Shown one piece after another: positions 8,216 to 16,291 of a DNA stretch of 26,018 bases. Numbering within the stretch: the first letter of the stretch is position 1; every line of letters starts with the position of its first letter. The notes beneath the pieces are model-generated. The model worked only from the letters and a program-made list of their open reading frames with translations. It was not told where the DNA came from and made no database searches. The translations under genes were made by a program, and so were the position numbers. Source of the stretch: Candidatus Hydrothermarchaeales archaeon (GTDB taxonomy: Archaea; Hydrothermarchaeota; Hydrothermarchaeia; Hydrothermarchaeales; JAZGAD01); assembly GCA_036444275.1 (NCBI GenBank), contig JAZGAD010000044.1, forward strand, positions 1 through 26,018, given 5' to 3'.

Positions 8216-9790
8216 TTAAAGTTTAGTTGTCCCTACCTTTGTGATGCCGTCAATTGCTGTTATGGCTTCTACATCATCTCGGGATAGGTCTTGATCCAAG
8301 GTGAGCACCATGAGCTGAACACCGCCCCTATCCTTTCTGCCCACCTGCATACTTCCAATGTTTATATTGCGCTCGCCCAAAGCAGTGGCTACTTTGCCTA
8401 TCATCCCTGGCCGATCCTCGTGCACCGCCAAGAGAATTCTACCCTTCGGTACGAGGTCTATAGTATAGTCAGCTATTCCTACTATCCTTGGTTCCTCACC
8501 CAGCAATATGCCTTTAGTCACCGTAGTCTCGCTGCTCGTCTTGATGTCGAGTATGATCAGGTTCGCAAACATCTCGGCGTCTTCCCTTTTGCCCTCGGTA
8601 ATCCTGACTCCACGATTCTTGGCGATAACCGATGAGTTTAATATATTCACCTCGTTTGCCAACACAGGCGAGAGGAGTTCCATGAGTATAGCATTTGTGA
8701 GGATGTTCAGTCCTTTTACCTCAACCAAGGAGCCGCAGTAGGTTATCGATACATCGCGTACATAGCCCTCCACTAGTTGAACTGTGAATTTTCCAAGGGC
8801 TTCTGCAAGTGGGAGATACGGCTTTAATTCTTCTAGCACCTCAGGAGCTAAAGCAGGCATGTTCACTACATTCCTCGGGGGTATGTTCTTGAGCACCTTC
8901 ATCACTTCCTCGCAGACTATGGTGGAGGCATACTTCTGCGCTTCTGCAGTGCTGGCACCGAGATGTGGAGTGACTATGACATTGTCAAGCTCTAAGAGAG
9001 GACTGTCAGTAGCCGGCTCCTTCTCGAAGACATCCACGGCTGCACCGCCCAATTTGCCAGAGGATAGAGCCTTATACAAAGCGTCTTCGTCTACTATGCC
9101 CCCTCTAGCGCAATTTAAAAGTACCGCACCCTCCTTCATCTTGGAGAATTCTTTCTTGCCTATGAACTTCTTGGTCTGCTCTGTAAGAGGCACATGAATG
9201 GTAACGAAGTCAGAGCTGGCAAGCAGCTCATCGAATTCAACGAGCTCTACGCCGAGTTCCTTGGCTGATTTGTCAGAGATATAGGGATCGTAGGCATGAA
9301 TCTTCATCCCGAATGCGTGGGCTTTCCTCGTCACCTCTGAGCCTATCCTGCCCAGGCCTATCACGCCGAGAGTCTTGCCCCGCAACTCCATACCCATGAA
9401 CTTGCTCTTCTCCCATTTCCTAGATTTAAGGGAGGCATCTGCAAATGGAATCTTCCTGGCCATACCCAGCATCAGCCCAATGGTATGCTCAGCCACAGTT
9501 ATCGACGTTGACTCAGGGGCATTTACGACTACTATACCCCTTCCGGTTGCAGCGTCTAGATCAATATTATCTACGCCGACGCCTGCCCTGCCGATCACCT
9601 TGAGCTTTTTCGCTGCGTCTATTACATCCTTCGTAACTTTTGTCTTGCTTCTTACGATCAAGGCGTCTACTGCTTCAACTTTCTTCAAGAGCTCTTCTTT
9701 ACTCAAAGCGGTACCATCTTCTACGTCAGCGAATCCCTTGAACAGCTCTTTCCCGCTTTCATGGATCTTGTCAGCAATGAGAACTCTCAT
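8216..9790 (-). CDS. serA: D-3-phosphoglycerate dehydrogenase (long type with ASB and ACT domains)
   Basis: RAGVGVDNID, GLGRIG, NCARGG, TPHLGAST and C-terminal ACT motif HEDRPGMIG; 524 aa. Confidence 0.95.
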   Translation of the reverse strand: MRVLIADKIHESGKELFKGFADVEDGTALSKEELLKKVEAVDALIVRSKTKVTKDVIDAAKKLKVIGRAGVGVDNIDLDAATGRGIVVVNAPESTSITVAEHTIGLMLGMARKIPFADASLKSRKWEKSKFMGMELRGKTLGVIGLGRIGSEVTRKAHAFGMKIHAYDPYISDKSAKELGVELVEFDELLASSDFVTIHVPLTEQTKKFIGKKEFSKMKEGAVLLNCARGGIVDEDALYKALSSGKLGGAAVDVFEKEPATDSPLLELDNVIVTPHLGASTAEAQKYASTIVCEEVMKVLKNIPPRNVVNMPALAPEVLEELKPYLPLAEALGKFTVQLVEGYVRDVSITYCGSLVEVKGLNILTNAILMELLSPVLANEVNILNSSVIAKNRGVRITEGKREDAEMFANLIILDIKTSSETTVTKGILLGEEPRIVGIADYTIDLVPKGRILLAVHEDRPGMIGKVATALGERNINIGSMQVGRKDRGGVQLMVLTLDQDLSRDDVEAITAIDGITKVGTTKL

Positions 9791-9810
9791 AATCGAGGTA
9801 AGGTTTTTCT

Positions 9811-9827
9811 CTTTTTATAAGGATTTC
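9811..9827 (-). promoter_or_regulatory. BRE/TATA promoter of serA (probably leaderless)
   Basis: Minus strand GAAATCC-TTATAAAA, with the TATA 23-30 nt upstream of ATG 9790. Confidence 0.6.
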
Positions 9828-9876
9828 TACAGTTACATCAAGTGCACATAGGAACCTAGCTGGAATCAATCCAATA

Positions 9877-11079
9877 TCAGTGGTGCAATAGTATCTTTAT
9901 TACATCGCCGCTCTGCAATTGTTTATCGCTCTTGATCTTCATCTTGGTCTTGGCATCTATGGCGCCCAGGAATTTCTCCCCTAGCTCGGTATGCACCTTG
10001 AAGGCCAAATCTCTAGGCGTAGAACCGGGATCCATTAGGAATGCATCAGGCAGTACATTCCCATCCTTGTCTGTGTAGTGATGCTCGTCCTCAACCGGAT
10101 AGACGACGACTCTGCCCAGGACTTCGAATATCGCGGCATTGATGCACTGCTGCACGCCGGTATTGGAGAAGCGAGCGAAGACATTCTTCTCGATGATGCG
10201 CAGTGCTGCCTTCTCTTTTTCATTGATCTCCTCAGGCTTGAGGGTTTCGAAGCTGTCATCTCCAGGGAGATACTGCACAGCCCCTCGCTCGGCGAGCTTG
10301 CTGAGCACATACTCAGCCATAGAGCTAACTGGTATGACGAGAGAATGTGGGAACTCCTTCCTCATCCTTTCCACGTTCTCCTCTGCTATCTCCACATCGG
10401 TCTTGTTGGCAGCAATTATTATGGGCTTAGAAGCCTGCCTCAAGGCTCTCGTAAAACGAAACAACTCGTCGTCTTTCCAGATGTCCGGCTTCTCTGCGTC
10501 TACATTCGAATCCTTTAGTGCCTTGTGGATGTCTTTTTCCTTGAATCCCAGGCCGACGTACATCTCCTCGAAGTATTTAGCAAAATCTTTCCCCTGGTAC
10601 TGCACCTTCTTTGATACCTTCACCCAACTGCGCTTGAATATAGCGAAGAACCACTGCTCTATCTCTTCCTCCAAGAAGCGGATGTCAGCGAGGGGATCGT
10701 GGGAGCCGACCTTCACCAGGTTGCCTTCTTCGTCTGTAGCACCAGAGGCATCAACCACATGTATCAGGGCTTGCGCCCTTCTAAGCTCATCCATAAATTT
10801 GTTACCGAGCCCCCGTCCTTCATGTGCATTCGGCACAAGGCCAGCGACATCAATCATCTCAACAGGCACGAATCGGTTGCGGGAGATGCATTTAGAGTTT
10901 CTTGGATTACAAGTCACGTCTAGCTCTTGGCAGACACAGGGCACGCGCACAAAGGCCATAGCCTTATTGGCATCGACAGTAGTAAACGGATAGGAGGCTA
11001 CTTCTGCTTTGGCTAGCGTGCTGGCATTGAAGAGTGTGCTCTTTCCAACATTCGGCTTGCCGACCACCCCTATCTCCAT
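9877..11079 (-). CDS. ychF: Obg-family YchF-like GTPase/ATPase with TGS domain
   Basis: GKPNVGKST, YPFTT, DVAGLV, ANKTD, and C-terminal TGS-like region (LAFKVHTELG...LQSGDVIKI). Confidence 0.92.
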   Translation of the reverse strand: MEIGVVGKPNVGKSTLFNASTLAKAEVASYPFTTVDANKAMAFVRVPCVCQELDVTCNPRNSKCISRNRFVPVEMIDVAGLVPNAHEGRGLGNKFMDELRRAQALIHVVDASGATDEEGNLVKVGSHDPLADIRFLEEEIEQWFFAIFKRSWVKVSKKVQYQGKDFAKYFEEMYVGLGFKEKDIHKALKDSNVDAEKPDIWKDDELFRFTRALRQASKPIIIAANKTDVEIAEENVERMRKEFPHSLVIPVSSMAEYVLSKLAERGAVQYLPGDDSFETLKPEEINEKEKAALRIIEKNVFARFSNTGVQQCINAAIFEVLGRVVVYPVEDEHHYTDKDGNVLPDAFLMDPGSTPRDLAFKVHTELGEKFLGAIDAKTKMKIKSDKQLQSGDVIKILLHH

Positions 11080-11200
11080 GATAAAAAATTAGCTTGGGGG
11101 GATTAAATAATTTGGGATTTCTCCTAGCATTCGCAATACCCGGAAACTGAAACTCAAACAAACTTAAAAGATATAAATGAAAGAAGGGGATGTAACACCC

Positions 11201-11833
11201 ATGGACCTGAACTACGCTATATCGGCATTTGTTACGCTCTTCATCATAGTTGACCCTATAGCTAATGTGCCTGTCTTTGTCTCAATCTTGGCTAATTTCT
11301 CTGCCGAACACAGGAGGGGCATGGTAGCTAGGGCAGTGGCGATAGCAACAATTGTGCTGATAGCATTCACCCTCCTCGGGGGGTATCTCCTAACATACCT
11401 GCAGGTGGAGATATATTCCTTCAAGGTAGCAGGAGGCATCCTACTCTTCATCATAGCCTTGGAGATGCTTTTCGGCAGGAAGACCGCTACTAAGAGCTCG
11501 AGGGAGGAAGAGGACGAAGCTAAAACAAGAGAAGACGTCGTAGCGACACCGCTTGCTGTTCCCCTCCTCGCCGGACCCGGAGCCATAACCGCCGGTATAG
11601 TACTCTTCGATTCAGCCGCGGCATCGGTGGATCAAGCACTTTTAGTAGTTGATATATTGTTGGTATTCATGTGCTCCTATATCATCTTAAGCAAGTCAGA
11701 CTATTTCTTCAAGGTCTTGGGAAGAAGTGGTACGAAGGTGATAACTAGAATCATGGGCTTGGTGCTTTCGGCGATAGCGGTGCAGTTCGTGATAAGTGGG
11801 ATAAGAGAAGCACTGGGAGCGGCTGTCCTATGA
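11201..11833 (+). CDS. MarC family integral membrane protein
   Basis: LFIIVDPIANVPVF, AGGILLF, PLAVPLLAGPGAI, ITRIMGLVLSAIAVQF. Start moved from 11177 to ATG 11201 because TATAAA (11172-11177) lies 24-29 nt upstream of it. Confidence 0.9.
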   Translation: MDLNYAISAFVTLFIIVDPIANVPVFVSILANFSAEHRRGMVARAVAIATIVLIAFTLLGGYLLTYLQVEIYSFKVAGGILLFIIALEMLFGRKTATKSSREEEDEAKTREDVVATPLAVPLLAGPGAITAGIVLFDSAAASVDQALLVVDILLVFMCSYIILSKSDYFFKVLGRSGTKVITRIMGLVLSAIAVQFVISGIREALGAAVL

Positions 11834-12735
11834 GGGAGCTCGATGTCATTGGAGTCGGTGCTTTAAACTACGACCGCCTTATTAGGGTAGAAAAGATAGC
11901 GCATGAGGGTGAGGAGGTAGGCGTGAAATCTATAAGCACGGCTCCAGGAGGAAGTGCCGCTAATACTATCGTTGGACTGACAAGGCTCGGAATGAAGACC
12001 GGCTTCATAGGCCGAGTCGGAGACGATGAGGAGGGAGAATTCATTCTTCGAGATTTAGAAAAAGAGGGCGTAGACATTTCGGCAATAGTAAGGGGTGAAG
12101 GGAAGACGGGATTAATCTTGGCCTTCATAGACGACAAGGGCGAGAGAGCTATGTACGCCTATCCCGGTGTAAACGATGAGGTGCGTATTGATGATTCTGC
12201 TGTTAGCTATGCGAAAAAGGCTAGGTTCCTGCATCTCTCATCCTTTGTCGGCGAGATGTCCTACCAAACCCAAAAACAGCTCTTGGAGAAAATCGCAGAT
12301 GCAGGCGTCAGTATAAGCTTCGCTCCAGGTATGCTATATGCTAAGAAAGGGCTGGCAGAGATGGAGCAAGTTATCGAATCTAGCTACGTGGTCTTTTTGA
12401 ACAAGGAGGAGACAAAGATGCTCACAGGAAAAGAATACCAGAAAGGAGCTGGAGAACTTTTGAGAAAAGGGGCGGAGATCGTTGCTATAACTCTAGGCAG
12501 AGACGGCTGCTACGTAGCATCGAAAGAAGAATCAATTGCGGTAGAATCTTTTCCAGCAGAGGTTGTAGACACCACAGGTGCTGGAGACGCATTTGCAGCT
12601 GGATTTCTCTACGGCCTCCTTAACGAACGAACATTAGAGGGATGCGGCAGGCTAGGGAATAAACTTGCGTCCCTTTGCATCACCAAGATGGGGGCGAGAG
12701 ATGGGCTTCCTAGAAAAAATGAGGTAGTGCTTTGA
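11830..12735 (+). CDS. PfkB/ribokinase family carbohydrate kinase
   Basis: PGGSAAN, FIGRVGDD, NKEE and the DTTGAGDAF signature; ATGA overlap with marC. Substrate cannot be determined from sequence. Confidence 0.93.
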   Translation: MRELDVIGVGALNYDRLIRVEKIAHEGEEVGVKSISTAPGGSAANTIVGLTRLGMKTGFIGRVGDDEEGEFILRDLEKEGVDISAIVRGEGKTGLILAFIDDKGERAMYAYPGVNDEVRIDDSAVSYAKKARFLHLSSFVGEMSYQTQKQLLEKIADAGVSISFAPGMLYAKKGLAEMEQVIESSYVVFLNKEETKMLTGKEYQKGAGELLRKGAEIVAITLGRDGCYVASKEESIAVESFPAEVVDTTGAGDAFAAGFLYGLLNERTLEGCGRLGNKLASLCITKMGARDGLPRKNEVVL

Positions 12736-12792
12736 ATTGAAGAAAAAAAGATGAGTTCAGAACAGCTAAGGATGAAAACAATTTAATTGATG

Positions 12793-13320
12793 TCAGAGCA
12801 TCAATAAGTCTCTACCTTTACCAACAGCGAGTCTACAGGGCATAGGGAGCTTCGACGCAGCTCTTCTCAAGGAATCTTTTGCCGCACCATAGCTCTTTGG
12901 ATCGATCCTCACCACCATGATCTCTTGGTTCTTCTTCACGTTAGCCGCGAGACCAACGGCCTTGCCGAAGGACCGGCTCATACCATCTGATACTCTATCA
13001 GCACCTGCACCAGTGGCCTGTTTATTCTCTCTGAGCACTACATGGGGATATGGCTTTATCTTGAGGTAATAGCCGCTCCTACCTAGTTCCTTCGTCAGGT
13101 GTCTATTGACAGCTATCCTCGCAGCCTCCAAGGCATTATGTGTTATTTGGCCCGGCTCCTTCGCCACAAGGGCGAGCTCCACAGGAAATTTATCAGAATT
13201 CTCGAGATCGCCCATATCAAATATAGTGATCTTTGGGGCTGGTGTCCCTCTCATATACTTCCGCCTAGTGTAGAGGCGCTTCTTTGGAATCCTGTATATC
13301 CTAGCTGGTTTATTGCCCAT
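12793..13320 (-). CDS. rpl10e: 50S ribosomal protein L10e (uL16)
   Basis: ALEAARIAVNR, YPHVVLRENK, GAGADRVSDGM..SFGK, AASKLP. Upstream TTTATATA (13366-13359) and GAGGG SD. Confidence 0.97.
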   Translation of the reverse strand: MGNKPARIYRIPKKRLYTRRKYMRGTPAPKITIFDMGDLENSDKFPVELALVAKEPGQITHNALEAARIAVNRHLTKELGRSGYYLKIKPYPHVVLRENKQATGAGADRVSDGMSRSFGKAVGLAANVKKNQEIMVVRIDPKSYGAAKDSLRRAASKLPMPCRLAVGKGRDLLML

Positions 13321-13440
13321 GTCTATCCCTCAGGTTCCCAGAATCTTAACACTTCGATTATATAAATGTAACATATTACGTCTACGTCGGAATTGGCGTG
13401 CATCCAAAAAAGTTATCTCCAAAGTAGCGAATTCCATGGT

Positions 13441-13776
13441 ATGGCAGACGTCTCCAAGGCACTAAAGAAAAAAGAGGGATGCATCTTACTAGATATCATT
13501 GTTACTACTGGCGCTGAACGGGATGAGATATTGGGCTTTGACGAGTGGAGGAATAGGTTATTAGTAAGGATAAAGGAGAGGCCAATCCGTGGTAGAGCTA
13601 ATAAAGCCATTGTAGAACTCTTTTCAAAACTCTTCAAAGTGCCTGCAAAAGACGTTATTATCGTTAAGGGAATAAAGAGCAGGCAGAAGACACTGCAGCT
13701 GCAGATGAAATTCGAAGATGCGGGCTCGTTAGAAAAGAAAGTGAAAGAACTGAGCTTATTAACATCAGGTAGCTAA
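13441..13776 (+). CDS. DUF167 / UPF0235 (YggU-like) protein
   Basis: RLLVRIKERPIRGRANKAIVELFSK...VIIVKGIKSRQK motif. ATG 13441 preferred over TTG 13393. Confidence 0.85.
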   Translation: MADVSKALKKKEGCILLDIIVTTGAERDEILGFDEWRNRLLVRIKERPIRGRANKAIVELFSKLFKVPAKDVIIVKGIKSRQKTLQLQMKFEDAGSLEKKVKELSLLTSGS

Positions 13777-13800
13777 TTGCAGCACTGCAGTTGTTTGTTT
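13775..13800 (+). terminator. Possible terminator after the DUF167 gene
   Basis: AATTGCA-GCAC-TGCAGTT hairpin (one G-U pair) followed by GTTTGTTT. Confidence 0.35.
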
Positions 13801-13849
13801 AGGTAGGTAGGTGGACTAAATACCTCAACTTTTTATCGTATGGCTGAAA

Positions 13850-13999
13850 TCAGTCCTTAACTTCTTTTATGGTTATCCTTACCTTCTTACCAGCGAACCC
13901 GTCCAATAAGTTGAATACCAATTTAACTTTTCCATCTTCAGTCTTCACGCCGGGCTCGTCTTTTTCCCTCACTAAGACACCTTCGATTTCCTTTTTCAC
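13850..13999 (-). CDS. Small hypothetical protein, 49 aa (below the ORF-track cutoff)
   Basis: GTG start preceded by a strong SD (GGAGAAGGTGAT), 25 nt downstream of the PINA stop. MKKEIEGVLVREKDEPGVKTEDGKVKLVFNLLDGFAGKKVRITIKEVKD has Lys/Glu/Val-rich, protein-like composition. Confidence 0.75.
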   Translation of the reverse strand: MKKEIEGVLVREKDEPGVKTEDGKVKLVFNLLDGFAGKKVRITIKEVKD

Positions 14000-14024
14000 G
14001 TTCGATCACCTTCTCCAACTTCAA

Positions 14025-15836
14025 CTAATCAGCGCTGACCGCAGAGATCTCCTTCTCGGCGTTGATAGCGTCCAGCACCGTTCTACCTAGACTAGTGTCT
14101 TTCCCAATCCTGATCTCCCCCTTTCTCCCAATAGTAGCAGCAAAGATGAATGCGTCATCTGAATATACCTTGGCCATCCTGCCTGGAAATTTCTTGTCTA
14201 TCCTCAATAAGAGGTGCCTCTTCGTCTCCTCTACACCAACCGGGAACCTCTCCTCCCTACCGGTTAAAAAATCCTTCTCCTCCAGAGCTCGAACATCTAT
14301 ATGCAACTCCAGATTCCGCTCTAATCGCTCCACATTCTTACCTTGCTTACCTATGATCTTTGAAACATACTTGCCGTCAACCCATACGACTGCTGTAGAG
14401 CCTCTAACCTCTATCTCTGCCCGTGCCTTTGGTGCATACTTCTTGACCTCACGCAGGATCTGCTCTCCAGCCAGCTTCTCCACAGCAGAAGCACCGCCAC
14501 CGCCAGCTAGCACTACCGGCATGACAATGGTCTCATCCCCAAAGGTGTAGATCTCGTATTCCACCATATCATTCTCAAAGTCCTTAATTTCTATCACTGG
14601 CCTCGCCAAGTCAGCCTCAATCATACCCTCAGGCACCTTAACCGTGAAGCCTATCTTGTAAACCTGCTTTATCCAACCATCTTTGATGAAGATCACTGTA
14701 TCCACGATCTGCGGAATCGTGCCTAGGTCAACCCTCCCAATCAAACGCTGTACTGCATCTATTGCTCTGTTGGCATGTACTACTCCAACCATGCCCACAC
14801 CAGCTAGACGCATGTCCGCAAAAATCTGAAAGTCCTTCGTCTTTCTGACCTCGTCGTAGATGGTATAGTCAGGCCTCACCAGCAGGAGAATGTCTGCAGT
14901 CTTCTCCATGTCCCCCTCAAGAGGAGCGTACTGCGTGATCTCCTGTGACACCAAAAGATCGCGGGGTGATTCCATGGTCTTCACGATATTTCCCTTATCC
15001 TTGTAGAACTCGGCCAGAGCCTGTGAAAAGGTGGACTTGCCTGCTCCAGGCGGCCCAGCTACGAGGATGCCCTCTGCCCGTTCACTGAACCTATCCAAGA
15101 GCTTATCTGAGAGTTTGTAGTCCTCTAAAGTTACGTTGGCTATCGGGCGAACAGCTGTTATCTCGTAGCCATCTGAGAAAGGTGGTCTAGCGATTGCTAT
15201 GCGCAGTTGGCGTAGCTGCACCACAGTGGCACCTTTTCTCTCGATCTCTATGAAGCTGTCCGGGTCTATCCTTGCGTACTCTATTATCTCCTTGGCTAAT
15301 GTATCCAGCTCCTTCTCTGTAGAGGGCTTACTGGCTATCTTTACAAGAGCAATTTCCCCGGGTTTTCCTTTCTTGGCTAGCGGCGCAACCTTGTCTCTGA
15401 GGTGCACAGACATCGTATCCTTATCGAAGAAGTCCATGATACGCAGCCTCTTCTTGGCCTTCCTATGCTTGAGGTATAGTACATCTATGCCCTTGCTCCT
15501 GGCGATCCTCGCCTGCACCATGTCACTGGTTACCAGGCTGGCCTCTCGCTCCTTCGCTACCCCCCTAATTATGTCGTCGTTATCCTTGAATTCATATACC
15601 CTCGGCCTCTTGCCCACATATTCTAAGCTTATCAACCCCTTGTCAGCGTATTTCCTGAGCTGCTCCAACTCGTCCAGACCTTTGAATCCGCTTTCACGCC
15701 CCTTATTAGCTTGATTCTCTAACTCGGCTACTACAGCCTCCGGTATCAAAACCCTGCTCCCCCTGTATTTTTTACCCCTCACCAAACGGGTTATTCTGCC
15801 ATCAATCAGCACTGAGGTATCCGGAACTATAATCAT
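14025..15836 (-). CDS. PIN-domain P-loop ATPase with KH domain (PINA, PINc/VapC family ATPase)
   Basis: N-terminal PIN (IVPDTSVLIDG..VVAELE), Walker A GPPGAGKST, DEVRK, VGVVHA, KH motif IIGKQGKNV. True start taken as ATG 15836, because the longer ORF overlaps hisI. Confidence 0.92.
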   Translation of the reverse strand: MIIVPDTSVLIDGRITRLVRGKKYRGSRVLIPEAVVAELENQANKGRESGFKGLDELEQLRKYADKGLISLEYVGKRPRVYEFKDNDDIIRGVAKEREASLVTSDMVQARIARSKGIDVLYLKHRKAKKRLRIMDFFDKDTMSVHLRDKVAPLAKKGKPGEIALVKIASKPSTEKELDTLAKEIIEYARIDPDSFIEIERKGATVVQLRQLRIAIARPPFSDGYEITAVRPIANVTLEDYKLSDKLLDRFSERAEGILVAGPPGAGKSTFSQALAEFYKDKGNIVKTMESPRDLLVSQEITQYAPLEGDMEKTADILLLVRPDYTIYDEVRKTKDFQIFADMRLAGVGMVGVVHANRAIDAVQRLIGRVDLGTIPQIVDTVIFIKDGWIKQVYKIGFTVKVPEGMIEADLARPVIEIKDFENDMVEYEIYTFGDETIVMPVVLAGGGGASAVEKLAGEQILREVKKYAPKARAEIEVRGSTAVVWVDGKYVSKIIGKQGKNVERLERNLELHIDVRALEEKDFLTGREERFPVGVEETKRHLLLRIDKKFPGRMAKVYSDDAFIFAATIGRKGEIRIGKDTSLGRTVLDAINAEKEISAVSAD

Positions 15837-15870
15837 TTCAGTATATCTCACATCCCAGAGATATAAACCT

Positions 15871-16269
15871 TTAACCCTTGTCCTTGTAGACATTCCGAGG
15901 CTCAAAGACCTTCTCGCCGATGATATCCAGCTTGCCGTCCTTCAACCTCCTGAAGAAGCAGCTGTAATACCCCTTGTGGCAACTCCCCACCACCTGCTGT
16001 ACTTTGAAGAGAAGGGCATCTCCATCGCAGTCTACGAGTATATCCCTCACCGCTTGTCTATGACCGGATTCTTCTCCCTTGAACCAGATCTTCTTCCTAG
16101 AGGTGCTGAAGTAGTGCATAAAGCCGGTCTCTAGGGTTCTTGCTACCGCTTCCCTGTTAATGAATGCCGCCATTAATACTTCATTGGTCTCATAGTCTTG
16201 GACTATGGCTATCGCTAATCTCTCACCTGCGATCTCGATCCTGAAATTTAGCTCGTTCAGAATATCCAT
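15871..16269 (-). CDS. hisI: Phosphoribosyl-AMP cyclohydrolase
   Basis: YFSTSRKKIWFKGEESGH, DCDGDALL, CHKGYYSCF. Confidence 0.97.
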   Translation of the reverse strand: MDILNELNFRIEIAGERLAIAIVQDYETNEVLMAAFINREAVARTLETGFMHYFSTSRKKIWFKGEESGHRQAVRDILVDCDGDALLFKVQQVVGSCHKGYYSCFFRRLKDGKLDIIGEKVFEPRNVYKDKG

Positions 16270-16291
16270 TCTTCCACTTACTCTCTGGGGC

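Noticed and set aside
13791-13814. Short GTTT and AGGT tandem repeats
   Set aside because: Only 2-3 units in a convergent intergenic region; not CRISPR-like and not informative.
13850-15836. PIN-domain gene plus small ORF as a VapBC toxin-antitoxin pair
   Set aside because: The PIN domain belongs to the conserved archaeal PINA ATPase. The small ORF is downstream and not recognisably an antitoxin.
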